Assembly (NCBI RefSeq): GCF_009914755.1
Contig: NC_060935.1
Strand: one strand, 5' to 3'
DNA from: the human T2T-CHM13v2.0 reference genome, Homo sapiens
DNA: 64,000 nt
The notes beneath the pieces are model-generated. The model did no database searches, was not told where the DNA came from, and saw only the letters and a program-made list of their open reading frames with translations. The position numbers and the translations under genes were made by a program. Below are positions 1 through 12,625 of this stretch, piece after piece; the first letter of the stretch is position 1; the number at the start of each line of letters is the position of its first letter.

Positions 1-134
1 TGTGGCCTGCTGCCTGGTGCTATTCTGTCCCCAGTGTTGAGCGTAGCCTCTGGCACACAGTAGACACACACACAGTGATGCATCCTAGAATGATGAAATA
101 ATTTCCTAAACGGGATCTTTTAACGGTTACCTAC

Positions 135-413
135 CTGTTCTTCAGTGGCTCATCTAATTCTGTTCCTAGCTCTTCCACGTGGTTAATCCAAGGCATTCAA
201 AGTTTCAGTTTTTTTCCCCTTCTTCATTGCTTTTTCCAGAAACTTTTTCACAGTGCAGAACAAGGGGATTTAAGTGTGCTATATGTTGGCTTCATAGCAA
301 GTGTGTGACACTATTGTTTGGTTTCCCATCAATCAACTCTTGGCCCATCATAACGTTAAAATTTGCTAACCTGCAATTTCGTTGGTATTTTGATGATTAC
401 TTGAAACAAATCA
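135..413 (-). pseudogene. Candidate fossil coding exon of nested antisense gene (BRCT-like)
   Basis: Minus-strand acceptor TTTTATTTGCTTCTCTATTGTTCCAG| and donor CAG|GTAGGT; 279 nt, phase 2-2. With stops and frameshifts it reads DLFQVIIKIPTKLQVSKF*..MMGQELIDGKPNNSVTHLL*SQHIAHLNPLVLHCEK/FLEKAMKKGKK/LKL*MPWINHVEELGTELDEPLKN. Confidence 0.55.
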
Positions 414-896
414 CTGGAACAATAGAGAAGCAAATAAAACCAATGGCTTTGAAACATAATAGAGTCGCGGTGGCAAGGCCAGTCCCCTACCCCACTGCCT
501 TTGGCACGTGGTAGCTGCTGATTAGCAAAGTGTGAGAGCAGGTGGCTCAGGAGCCAGTGGCGTCTTCTGGTCTGCCATCACTTAATCTGCTGGAGCCTTG
601 TGTTACTTCTCCACATATATAAACTGGGTGGACTGGGCCCTGTAGTTTAAAGCTTTCTGGAAGAAGCCAGTCTCCGAAGGGTCTTTTTCCATAGGTAAAA
701 CCATGCAGAGTGGCTCAGGGCAAAGTCAGCTGCCCTGGGGAGCCATTTGCTGAGACCCTCAGCCTCTGCTTTACCCTGCCCTCGAAGGGGTCCTAGGAAG
801 ACAGTTGGAAAGCCCTAGGACTAGCGATTGGATCCCTTTCAGCTCTCTGATTCTTTAAATACTCTGTAGTTCCTGCACAGTTCTCTCTCTCTCTCT

Positions 897-1194
897 TTTT
901 TTTTTTTTTTTTGACAGGGTCTTCCTGTGTCGCCCAGGCTGGAGTGCAGTGAGATCAAGGCTCACTGCAGCCTCGACTTCCTGGGCTCGAGCAATCCTCC
1001 CATCTCAGCCTCTCGAGTAGCTGGGACCATTGGTGTGCAGTGCACCACCATGCCCAGCTGAGTTTTGTATTTTTTGTAGACACAGGGTTTCGCCATGTTT
1101 CCCAGGCTGGTCTCAAACTCTTGGCCTCAAGTGATCCTTCTACCTCGGCCTCCCAAAGTGCTGGGATGACAGGTGCGAGCCACTGCACCTGGCC
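897..1194 (-). mobile_element. Alu (old, AluJ-like)
   Basis: Poly-T followed by antisense Alu consensus ending in GGCC. Confidence 0.9.
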
Positions 1195-1252
1195 TGCACA
1201 GTTCTTTTGTTGCAAATTGTAGAGAAAGGTAAACTTTGATTCCAGTATTCAC

Positions 1253-1371
1253 CTGCAGAAGACCTGAGTGAATGTTTGGAGATGGCGAGGTGATGGAAGT
1301 TGGCGAGGGTCAAAGGAGAGGAACACTGGGAAGGAAATCCAGTGTTTCTGCTGAAGGGATATGCCCACGTC
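1253..1371 (-). pseudogene. Candidate fossil exon of nested antisense gene
   Basis: TCTAAAG| acceptor and CAG|GTGAAT donor; 119 nt, stop-free DVGISLQQKHWISFPVFLSFDPRQLPSPRHLQTFTQVFC; phase 0 start, phase 2 end matching the 135-413 exon. Confidence 0.55.
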
Positions 1372-1432
1372 CTTTAGACATGGGACAGAAAGCAGGATTT
1401 TGGTGTCTTTGAATGGGGGATGTAAATCCTAC

Positions 1433-3768
1433 CTTGAGTGTAACGAGGCTTTGTGACAAAGGCAAAAAGTCAAAAGGGAAATGGTGAGAATTTTCTTTCT
1501 TTTTTTTTTTTTTAATTTTTATTTTTATTGATCATTCTTGGGTGTTTCTCACAGAGAGGGATTTGGCAGGGTCATAGGACAATAGTGGAAGGAAGGTCAG
1601 CAGATAAACAAGTGAACAAAGGTCTCTGGTTTTCCTAGGCAGAGGTCCCTGTGGCCTTCCGCAGTGTTTGTGTCCCTGGGTACTTGAGATTAGGGAGTGG
1701 TGATGACTCTTAACGAGCATGCTGCCTTCAAGCATCTGTTTAACAAAGCACATCTTGCACTGCCCTTAATCCATTTAACCCTGAGTGGACACAGCACATG
1801 TTTCAGAGAGCACAGGGTTGGGGGGTAAGGTCACAGATCAACAGGATCCCAAGGCAGAAGAATTTTTCTTAGTACAGAACAAAATGACAAGTCTCCCATG
1901 TCTACTTCTTTCCACACAGACATGGCAACCATCCGATTTCTCAATCTTTTCCCCGCCTTTCCCCGCTTTCTATTCCACAAAACCGCCATTGTCATCCTGG
2001 CCCGTTCTCAATGAGCTGTTGGGTACACCTCCCAGACGGGGTGGTGGCCGGGCAGAGGGGCTCCTTACTTCCCAGTAGGGGCGGCCGGGCAGAGGCGCTC
2101 CTCACCTCCTGGGTGGGGCGGCTGGCCGGGCGGGGGGCTGACCCCCCCACCTCCCTCCCGGACGGGGTGGCTGGCCGGGCGAGGGGCTGACCCCCCCACC
2201 TCCCTCCCGGACGGGGTGGCTGGCCGGGCGAGGGGCTGACCCCCCCACCTCCCTCCCGGATGGGGCGGCTGGCTGGGCGGGGGGCTGACCCCCCCCACCT
2301 CCCTCCCGGATGGGGCGGCTGGCCGGGCGGGGGGCTGACCCCCCCATCTCCCTCCCGGATGAGGTGGCTGGCCGGGCACAGGGGCTCCTCACTTCCCAGT
2401 AGGGGCAGCCGGGCAGAGGCGCCCCTCACCTCCTGGACGGGGCGGCTGGCCGGGTGGGGGGGCTGACCCCCCCCACCTCCCTCCCGGACGGGGCGGCTGG
2501 CCGGGCGGGGGGCTGACCCCCCCACCTCCCTCCCGGATGGAGCGGCTGGCTGGGCAGAGGGGCTCCTCACTTCCCAGTAGGGGCGGCCGGGCAGAGGTGC
2601 CCCTCACCTCCCGGACGGGGCGGCTGGCCGGGCCGGGGGCTGACCCCCCCCACCTCCCTCCCGGACGGGGCGGCTGGCCGGGCAGGGGGCTGACCCCCCC
2701 ACCTCCCTCCCAGACGGGACGGCTGGCCTGGCGGGCTGACCCCCACCTCCCTCCTGGACGGGGCGGCTGCTGGGCGGAGACGCTCCTCACTTCCCAGACG
2801 GGGTGGCTGCTGGGCGGAGGGGCTCCTCACTTCTCAGACGGGGCGGCTGCCGGGCGGAGGGTCTCCTCACTTCTCAGACGGGGCGGTTGCCAGGCGGAGG
2901 GTCTCCTCCCTTCTCAGATGGGGCGGCTGGGCAGAGACGCTCCTCACCTCCCAGACGGGGTCGCGACCGGGCAGAGGCGCTCCTCACATCCCAGACGGGG
3001 CGTCGGGGCAAAGGCACTCCCCACATCTCAGACGATGGGCGGCTGGGCAGAGACGCTCCTCACTTCCTAGATGGGATGGCGGCCGGGAAGAGGTGCTCCT
3101 CACTTCCTAGATGGGATGGCGGCCAGGCAGAGACGCTCCTCACTTTCCAGACTCGGCAGCCAGGCAGAGGGGCTCCTAACATCCCAGACGATGGGCGGCC
3201 AGGCAGAGACGCTCCTCACTTCCTAGACGGGGTGGCGGCCGGGCAGAGGCTGCACTCTGGGCACTTTGGGAGGCCAAGGCAGGCAGCTGGGAGGTGGAGG
3301 TTGTAGCGAGCCGAGATCACGCCACTGCACTCCAGCCTGGGCACCATTGAGCACTGAGTGAACCAGACACTGTCTGCAATCCCAGCACCTCTGGAGGCCG
3401 AGGCTGGCGGACCACTCGCGGTTAGGAGCTGGAGGCCAGCCCGGCCAACACAGCGAAACCCCGTCTCCACCAAAAAAATACGAAAACCAGTCAGGCGTGG
3501 CGGTGCGCGCCTGCAATCGCAGGCACTCGGCAGGCTGAGGCAGGAGAATCAGGCAGGGAGGTTGCAGTGAGCCGAGATGGCAGCAGTACAGTCCAGCTTC
3601 GGCTCAGCATCAGAGGGAGACCGTGGAAAGAGAGGGAGAGGGAGACCGTGGGGAGCGGGAGACCATGGGGAGAGGGAGAGGAGGGAGAGGGAGAGGGAGA
3701 GAGGGAGGGAGGGAGGGGGAGGGAGGGAGAGGGAGAGGAGAATTTTCTTTATCACATTTGTTTCTTTG
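1433..3768 (-). pseudogene. Candidate fossil 84-nt exon split by the SVA insertion
   Basis: Removing the SVA and one TSD copy gives CCATAAG|QRNKCDKENSHHFPFDFLPLSQSLVTLK|GTAGGA, stop-free, phase 0-0. Confidence 0.5.
1499..3737 (-). mobile_element. Full-length SVA retrotransposon
   Basis: On + strand: poly-T, SINE-R (~1530-2020), GC-rich VNTR (~2030-3250), Alu-like region (~3250-3620), (GGGAGA)n hexamer (~3625-3737). 13-bp TSD GAGAATTTTCTTT at 1486-1498 and 3738-3750. Confidence 0.97.
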
Positions 3769-4079
3769 CTTATGGAGAGGATTGCTTGTTAATGTGGTGT
3801 GATATTGAGGTTGTGTGTAAGAGCATGGCCTCTGGGTCTGCGCTGTCCCCTTAGCTCTCCGCTGCTCACTGTGAGACGTGCCTCACAGACTCGTGGTGAA
3901 GATAGTTAATTCATGACGCTCTCAGAAGAGAGCCTGGTATTTAATAAGCATTCAATAAATGTTAGTCATTCTTCTGATAGTCATTATTGAATGGGCTAAA
4001 GAAGTTTGGTTTTGGCAAAGAATGCTTTTCCCTGTAATTCCCAAAGTTAATTGTGATCAATAGAAAACAAAACCAGAGA

Positions 4080-4390
4080 GGCCGGGCACGGTGGCTCACG
4101 CTTCAGGCTCCCAGCACTTTGGGAGGCTGAGGTGGAAGGATCACTTGAGGCCAGGAGTTCGAGACCAGCCTGAGCAACATAGCAGGACCCTACTTTTACA
4201 AAAAATCAAAAAGTTATTTGGGCGTGGTGGTGCGTGCTTGTAGTCCCAGCTACTCAGGAGGCTGAGGCGAGCGGATCGCCTGAACCTAGCAGGTTAAGAC
4301 TGCAGTGAGCTATGATCATACCACTGTACTCCAGCCTGGGTGACAGCAAGACTTGTCTCTAAAATGAAAAAAAAAGAAAAAATGAAAAAA
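4080..4390 (+). mobile_element. Alu (AluJ-like)
   Basis: GGCCGGGCACGGTGGCTCAC start, dimeric structure, A-rich tail. Confidence 0.9.
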
Positions 4391-4410
4391 GATGTAAACA
4401 ATATGGAAAC

Positions 4411-5762
4411 ATATGGTGTCCACAGTAACAGTCTCTCCTTGTACTCAGTGTGTCCACAGTGGGTGTATTGTCTGAAGGGTGCATTCATGTGTGAGAAGAA
4501 TGGATGAAATTCAAAATTACTCATATTCAAAATATGAGTAATGGGTAAAATAAGCCTGCTAAGTCAAAGGGCTTGTTACACACTACCTGTGTGATCTGCA
4601 CAGAAAAATTATTGTAAGGATTCTGACTGGGTCACAGTGTCTCTGGGAAGGTGGAGAACCAGGTTTGGAGGACACTGGTTAGCCAGGCCCTGCTAGCCGG
4701 GCCCCATTTCCCCGTAATGTCTGTGCTCCGAGGTTGTCACCAGCAGATGCAGGAGAGGCTGGGAGAGCAAGTTTCTGGTGCTTTCAGCCCCTCGTCTGGG
4801 CCACTTGCTTTTCCTCAAGAGTGGACCATTTCCCATCCATAGGAAGAGGCTCAGATGCTGGGTGGCCAGCATGCCTGACAAATGGCAACAGCATGATAAA
4901 ACCCTTGACAGCTGTGCCTCGAGATCTGAAGAGAGCAGTTTCGCATTCGCTTACATGGTGGTGGTAATGCTCCTTCCCTCTAGAATTATCAGGAAAAAAT
5001 GCCATGTGATTCTCTCCTCTCTGCTCTGACTTTCCTCTAGAAAGAAAAAAGAACACATATTGAATGAAAATCCAAATCAGATGTTTGGGTTTCCTTCCTT
5101 CCGTCAACTTTTCTGTTATATCACTGCCCATGTTACTTTTATTCCTGTTCCTGATTATTCCATTTCAAGGAGAAAGGTTCATAAACAAGAAATATTGCCT
5201 TTTTGGTTGTGTGTAGTGGGGTGCTGAGCTGAGTGGTAGAAGGCCTATGCAGGAGGCAGTAGTGGGTGGGTAGAATAAAGGTTTTACATCGGAAAGAATC
5301 TACATTCCAAGGTTGTTTTCTTGTGCAAACCATAGAAATACTTGTTCCTGAAACAGTTTGATGATGAATTAGGAGACTGCTTAAAAGCACATTCCTGTAG
5401 ATAGGGTCTGGGTGCTTTTCACAAACCCATGAATGCCTGGCACTTTCTTTTTTGTGTTCCCCAAACTATTTTTACTATAAATGGTTGTTATTAAAAGGCC
5501 CAGGTGCTGCCAGGAAGTGACATTTTCTAGAGTGTACCTAGAAGTGTTCATCCCAGAACCTGTTCATTAAAAGACTTCCAGGCTGATCTGTCCCACGGTG
5601 CTGGCCTGAAAACATCAGCTGCTGCTCAGAGGGCTTCCCTGGGCTCGGGGAAGAGCTTCCCTGCCTCCCCACCTTAGAGTGCTGGTTCTCCTGTGCTGTG
5701 ACTCACTATGGGGATTGCTGTTACATTCATCTTTACGATTCTCTTAGAAGTTTACAGTGATA
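4411..5762 (-). pseudogene. Cluster of candidate fossil exons (4411-4471, 4587-4874, 4955-5036, ~5099-5162, 5288-5347, 5395-5474, 5538-5762)
   Basis: AG/GT-bounded segments (two donors and one acceptor decayed) whose phases chain consistently. Strongest sites are TTCTTTTTTCTTTCTAG| at 5036 and CAT|GTAAGC at 4955. Confidence 0.4.
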
Positions 5763-5891
5763 CTGCATAAAGAGATACGGACACTTACCATAGTAAGTTA
5801 CAGTCACTTTTTAAACTGTCAGTAATTTAGAGGGTAAGTGTCTAGATACAGTTATTCTGTCATCATTGAACAATTTTACCATGCCTTTTTA

Positions 5892-6299
<408 letters not shown>

Positions 6300-6960
6300 T
6301 TAATACCGTGCTTCTGCTGACATCTCTCTGTTTACTACTCAACACTGGCAGGCATTAGGGATTTCTTTTCATGTTAGGTAAACCCCTGTGAAAAGAATCA
6401 AGGGAAAGGTAGCACTTGCTATCCACAAAGATACTGTTCTCGGACAGTTACTTTCATCTGAACAAACCCTCTCCTCGGCCCCTCCAGCAGCCTTTATCGT
6501 GGGGTCTTCTTCCCTTCTGGATGCTCCGGGGACCTCAGCCCTGTGTTTTGTGATTGTTTCAGACGTGTCCATTGGGTGTCCTGCTGTCTCTCCTGCCAGA
6601 ACTGTGCTCTCCTTCCCTTCCAAGTCAGCATTGCCCTCTGCCTCTCATCCAAGCTTCGCTCTTGGCCCCTCTGCTCCCCTGCTGCCACTCAGAGGCTCTG
6701 TCAGGGGTTTCTTTCCTGATCCCCCTGATACACACTCGCCTTTGATGTTCTCGTCTCAGAGCCGGGACCTCGGTGCCTGTGGTCCAGGCTGTGCTTCTGC
6801 ACTCTCCCTTTGGAGTCCACCCAGCACACTTGCCACAGCCACCAGCCTAACCTCAGCCATCGCTTTGGGAGGGTTTGTTCAGTGTCTGTCTAGGCGCAGG
6901 AACAGAATCTCGACTTGCTTAGCCCGGCTACCGACTCCGTGTTTTGGCTCCCTCCACCTA

Positions 6961-7117
6961 CCCCACAGATCTCCCTCCATCAGTGCCAGCCATGCCCTCT
7001 GCCCCTTCCACCCGCCCCACAGATCTCCCTCCATCAGTGCCAGCCATGCCCTCTGCCCCTTCCACCCGCCCCACAGATCTCCCTCCATCACTGCCAGCCA
7101 TGCCCTCTGCCCCTTCC
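6961..7117. repeat. 54-bp minisatellite, ~2.9 copies
   Basis: Unit CCCCACAGATCTCCCTCCATCAGTGCCAGCCATGCCCTCTGCCCCTTCCACCCG starting at 6961, 7015 and 7069. Confidence 0.95.
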
Positions 7118-7313
7118 CATAGGCCTGGACTCCCTTCTCCTGAGATGTCCCGCAGACTCCTCTTCATTACCATGCGCCCCTCAAAGCCAAAGTCAAGCCT
7201 GCATGGTTTCTTCTCACTCCTCATAGGTGCTTTTTCTCCGCCAGTTCCTACTGGGATTCAGGGGCTTGGGGCTGATTTTACTATTTATTCCTTTTATGTT
7301 TACTCAAGCTTTT

Positions 7314-7786
7314 ATTTTTTTAATTTTTATTTATTTATTTTGAGACGGAGTCTTTCTCCATCATGCAGGCTGGAGTACAGTGGCCCGATCTGGGCTCACT
7401 GCAGCCTCCGTCTCCTGGGTTCAAGCACTTCTCCTGCCTCAGCCTCTCAGTATCTGGGACTATAAGCATGTGCCACCATGCCCACCTAATTTTTTTTTTT
7501 TTTTTTGAGATGGAGTCTCGCTCTGTCGCCCAGGCTGGAGTGCAGTGGCGTGATCTCGGCCCTCTGCCAGCTCCCCTCCTGGTTTCATGCCATTCTCCTG
7601 CCTCAGCCTCCCAAGTAGCTGGGACTACAGGCGCCCGCCACCACGCCCAGCTAATTTTATGTATTTTTAGTAGAGACAGGGTTTCACCATGTTGGCCAGG
7701 ATGGTCTCGATCTCCTGATCTTGTGATCCGCCCGCCTTGGCCTCCCAAAGTGCTGGGATTACAGGCGTGAGCCACCGCGCCCGGCC
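7314..7786 (-). mobile_element. Composite Alu (extra right arm plus full Alu)
   Basis: Three Alu arms flanked by an imperfect TSD TACTC(A/C)A(G/A)CTTTTA at 7301 and 7787. Confidence 0.85.
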
Positions 7787-10283
7787 TACTCCAACTTTTA
7801 AAATGCTACCGGCTTTAAGAAAAACACAGATGAAATATTAGGATCAAGATAAGCCATGAGGGGGCAAAAGAAACCACCAAAAGATACCCTGGGAGGTGAG
7901 GCCAGCATGATTCTCTCCATTTAAGGTCATGGGTTTACTGTGTAAACAGGCCCTTCATTTTTACTAACTGCTGCAATGGCAGTCTGTTGTTTTCTGCCCA
8001 GTCACTCCTTGTTCCCTCTCGCCTACATACCTGTTAGAAGTTTTGGGTCCTCTGCGTACCAATTTTCTGATCTTGGCCAAGATAGTTCACCTCTAAGACT
8101 GTTTTGCCATCTATAAAATCTGTAAAATAGAGATACTACTTATTACCCAATAAGTAGACTTGATGAGAACTAACATAAAGTATCTACCATGCTAGCCTGC
8201 ACAAAGTAGACATTCATTTGATGTGAGGCATGTCTCTGCAAACCACTCAACACAGCCCCCAACACAGGGAAGATGGAGAGAACTCAGCTTCCCTGCGCAC
8301 TTGGTTTTGGTCCTCACCATGGTATCTTCCCCTGAAGATAACATCTGCATTGGGCTGCGAGTCCCAAGCCACTTACTAGCTGAGTGACCTTTGTACCTCT
8401 CTAATCTGCCTGGGTCTGTATTCTAATTTGTAAAATAAGGTAATTATGAGTGCCTTACTGGGTTGCTGAGAGTAAAATGTGATAAAATATATGAAAGTAT
8501 TTTGAAAATCATAAGGCATTAGACAAATATAGTTATTGCAGTTTACATCTTTTGAGTACCTAGCATATAGCACCTTAGAAATATTTTTTTGTTCAGGAAA
8601 GTGCTTGAATTAATAGGGGTACTTGTTCTTAAGCTTATATGTCTATTTAGTAAGCTTAATAGAACCACAGAGAGGAAATTCTTAATAAAGGACCTTCGTT
8701 TACAGTTGTGTATCTGAATCTTTGGCTCATTTTGAGATGCCTTCTTGTTAAAGTAGAGGGTGAAACCATTCATAGAGCTCTCGTCAGACTGCTTTGCCAG
8801 ACGCAGTACGCAGCACATGAATGTTTCACGGGACCACCGTGCAGTAATGTGAGCTGTCAGTATTACTCAGTTAATTCCATATGCAGTGACCGTGTGAACA
8901 TGGCTGCTTTGCTCGGTTCCTTGTTGTGGCTTGGGGTTTTAACAGTGATGGGCACAGCCTTTCAGCTGGGAAGCATGGAGTCTAAGTGGACTCACGAAAG
9001 TGCAGTGAAGCGGTGGCTGTGCAGTGGCACAGTAGACAGAATCCAGCATAGCACAGGAAAGGAGCTGGCCAGGTTGCCCTCAGGGGCCAGAAGAGCCTTC
9101 CCAGAGGAGGGGGAATGGTTGAACTGAGGGTTGTGAGGTCCCATTCAGCATCAAGGGGATCGTGGGGATGGCAGCAGTGGGAAGAGAGGCTCGATTGGAG
9201 GAGGGAGCAGCCAGCAGCTTCGTAGGGTGGGGCAGCCACACTGGTCCTTAGAGGGGATGCTTCCCCAGGGAGCAGTGGGAGAAGGGTGGCTGACCAGGAA
9301 ACAGGAAAGGCATGGAGGGCTGTGAGCTCACAGGAAGGTGGCTATCCAGGGCTGGAGTGCATTCTCTGAGAGCCTCGTGGGAGGATGGAGATGGGCAGTG
9401 GAGTCTGGGCGGGCAGAGGGAGCACACTGCGGCAACAGAGCTGTGAGCTGGAGACAGGGCACTTGAGACGCTTCCTTGGTTGACAATAAACCCTTTCTTT
9501 TTATCATTTCTGCCAGTCAGTTATGTCGTTTTCTGGTAGGCAATGTCATGCTTGTTAAGAAAACTGCATGAGACAGAATCAAAAGCTTTAACAAGTCCAT
9601 TTATATTTATACATTCAGCCTTAGCTGTATGGTCTCGAACACTAGAGTGTTGTGTTTTCTTGACTCATCAGCAGAATATCAGGAATGTAAATGTAAATGT
9701 AGCCGTAGATACTCTCAACACCATTTTTTTTTTTTTTTTTTTTAAAGACATGTGATCCCAGTATGTTGCCCAGGCTGATCTTGAACTCCTGGGCTCAAGC
9801 AATCCTCCTGCCTCGGTGTCCCAAGTAGCTGGGACTACATTTGTGCCACCACACCACAGGAAGAAATCCCTAATAAGGCGTCTTTCAGTTACAGCTTTAT
9901 ACGTAGACCTTTGATTCCTCTGAGATACCTGTTTATTAAATTAGCAAACTTCCCAATTTTGACCTGACATCTCTAAGACCATGTCACAGGCTGAAAGGAA
10001 AGTGGCAGCCCAGTTTTCCTTGGTCTTGCGTATGCTGAGGCTTGAGTTTTCAGTTGTGGTCTCCCATGTCTGTTAAAACACTGGCCAGCGTTCTCAGTTG
10101 GCGTACCTTGCATTCTTTCAGCATTGCACTGTGGTTCTAGACCCCGGTCTGACGCAGTGTCGGGCAGCCCTACCGCGTGTTCGAGTGCTGCTCTTCGGTA
10201 GCACTTGGTCTAGCAGAATATACCGAGTCCTGTCTGCAGAACCTTGACAAGTCTTGGAAAGCGGTCTCAGAATGCTTACTCAC

Positions 10284-10387
10284 ACACATCTGGGACATTT
10301 CCAATTTAATAAATGTCACGGAAAAAGTTTGGCAGATTGTTTAATTACATGTAAAAGCTGCTTGTGGCTTTCCTTGCTAATATGAGC
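10284..10387 (-). pseudogene. Candidate fossil exon
   Basis: Preceded by an 80-nt intron (CAG|GTAAGC at 10467 to CATTTTTCAG| at 10388) and ends at GTGAGT; reads AHISKESHKQLLHVIKQSAKLFP*HLLNWKCPRC. Confidence 0.45.
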
Positions 10388-10511
10388 CTGAAAAATGCTA
10401 ACTACAATTGTTATGAAATCAGGGAAAGCTTGTGCATACCCTAAGGTTTTTCTGGAGAATTGCTTACCTGTGAACTCTAAAGCCATTCCTGAGCGGTGCC
10501 AAGTGTGATAT

Positions 10512-11830
<1,319 letters not shown>

Positions 11831-12337
11831 GTCAGCACCCCCTCATTTTACTAGAGAAGTGGGGATGTTAATCAAGTGCCCTGCCCTTCTCAAGTTCAAG
11901 GTGCCTGAGACACTGGCACCCCTCCTGTCACCTGCATATATTTACTTCATGTTTTGATTGTCCCATCACTGCCAGCATCACCAGGCATGACCACCGTGTT
12001 CCAGAGCATGGTGGCAGTTTGTGAGTGACAGAGTGGCAGCCAGTGGCCTAGTGTCCCGCAGGCAGAGCAGACTCTTTGTTTCTCCAAGGCAAGGATGTGG
12101 CAGTGCCACCAAATGGTCGTGTCAATTGATGCCCAAATGGCTCACCAAAAGCTGAGTGACAGTTGCCACAGCAAAAAAAGGGGAGAAAACATAGGTTCAG
12201 AATTTCTTGGAAATGTTTGAAATGCATGTGATAGAACTCTAGGTGGGAAATTGGCTTGTTAGATACAGTAACTTAGCATGCAACTAGAGTAAACAGTTTG
12301 ACCTACCAACCCACCGACTCATCTGTTTATTTTACTT

Positions 12338-12625
12338 CTTTTTTTTTGAGACAAGGTCTCACTCTGGCCAAGCTGGAGTGCAATGGCATGATCACGGCTC
12401 CTGCAGCCTCGACCTCCTGGGCTTAAGCGATCCTCTCACCACAGCCTCCTAAGTAACTGGGACTGCAGAGGCACACCACCACGCCTGGCTATTTTTTTAA
12501 TTTTTGTAGAGATGGGTTTTCACCCTGCTGCCTGGGCTGGTCTCGAACTCCTGAGGTCAAGCAGTCTGCCTGCCTCAGCTCCCAAAGTGTTGGGATTGCA
12601 GACGTGAGCCCCTGAGGCTGGCCCC
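12338..12625 (-). mobile_element. Alu
   Basis: Antisense Alu consensus with poly-T. Confidence 0.88.

Larger units (their letters stand above)
6452..7812 (-). pseudogene. Candidate large fossil exon (G/E/S-rich), interrupted by a composite Alu
   Basis: Acceptor TGTTTTTCTTAAAG| at 7812, donor GAAA|GTAACT at 6452. Frame 6860-6453 has 136 codons with only two TGA stops and strong purine-first codon bias. Confidence 0.45.

Noticed and set aside
1992-3570. Many long Pro/Gly/Arg-rich ORFs on both strands
   Set aside because: All lie in the SVA VNTR or Alu-like region; they are stop-poor because of GC-rich tandem repeats.
4516-4542. 12-bp AT-rich stem (also a similar one at 30164-30191)
   Set aside because: Short isolated hairpins are expected from local fold-back events; no RNA-gene features.
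5763-5790. Strong minus-strand donor ATG|GTAAGT near 5788
   Set aside because: Only ~26 nt from the next acceptor, impossible as an intron; left out of the fossil-gene model and noted as a sign of possible overfitting there.
6369-6451. Hydrophobic tail VSLWIASATFPLILFTGVYLT suggesting a membrane anchor
   Set aside because: Coincides with a GTAACT...TTCTTTTCACAG intron-like segment; hydrophobicity comes from the polypyrimidine tract.
6961-7117. Regularly spaced repeats as a CRISPR-like array
   Set aside because: Head-to-tail units with no unique spacers in a primate intron; an ordinary minisatellite.
6388-7122. 244-aa plus-strand ORF, the longest in the track
   Set aside because: No ATG start, S/P/L-rich, partly minisatellite; better explained as the antisense shadow of a purine-first minus-strand frame.
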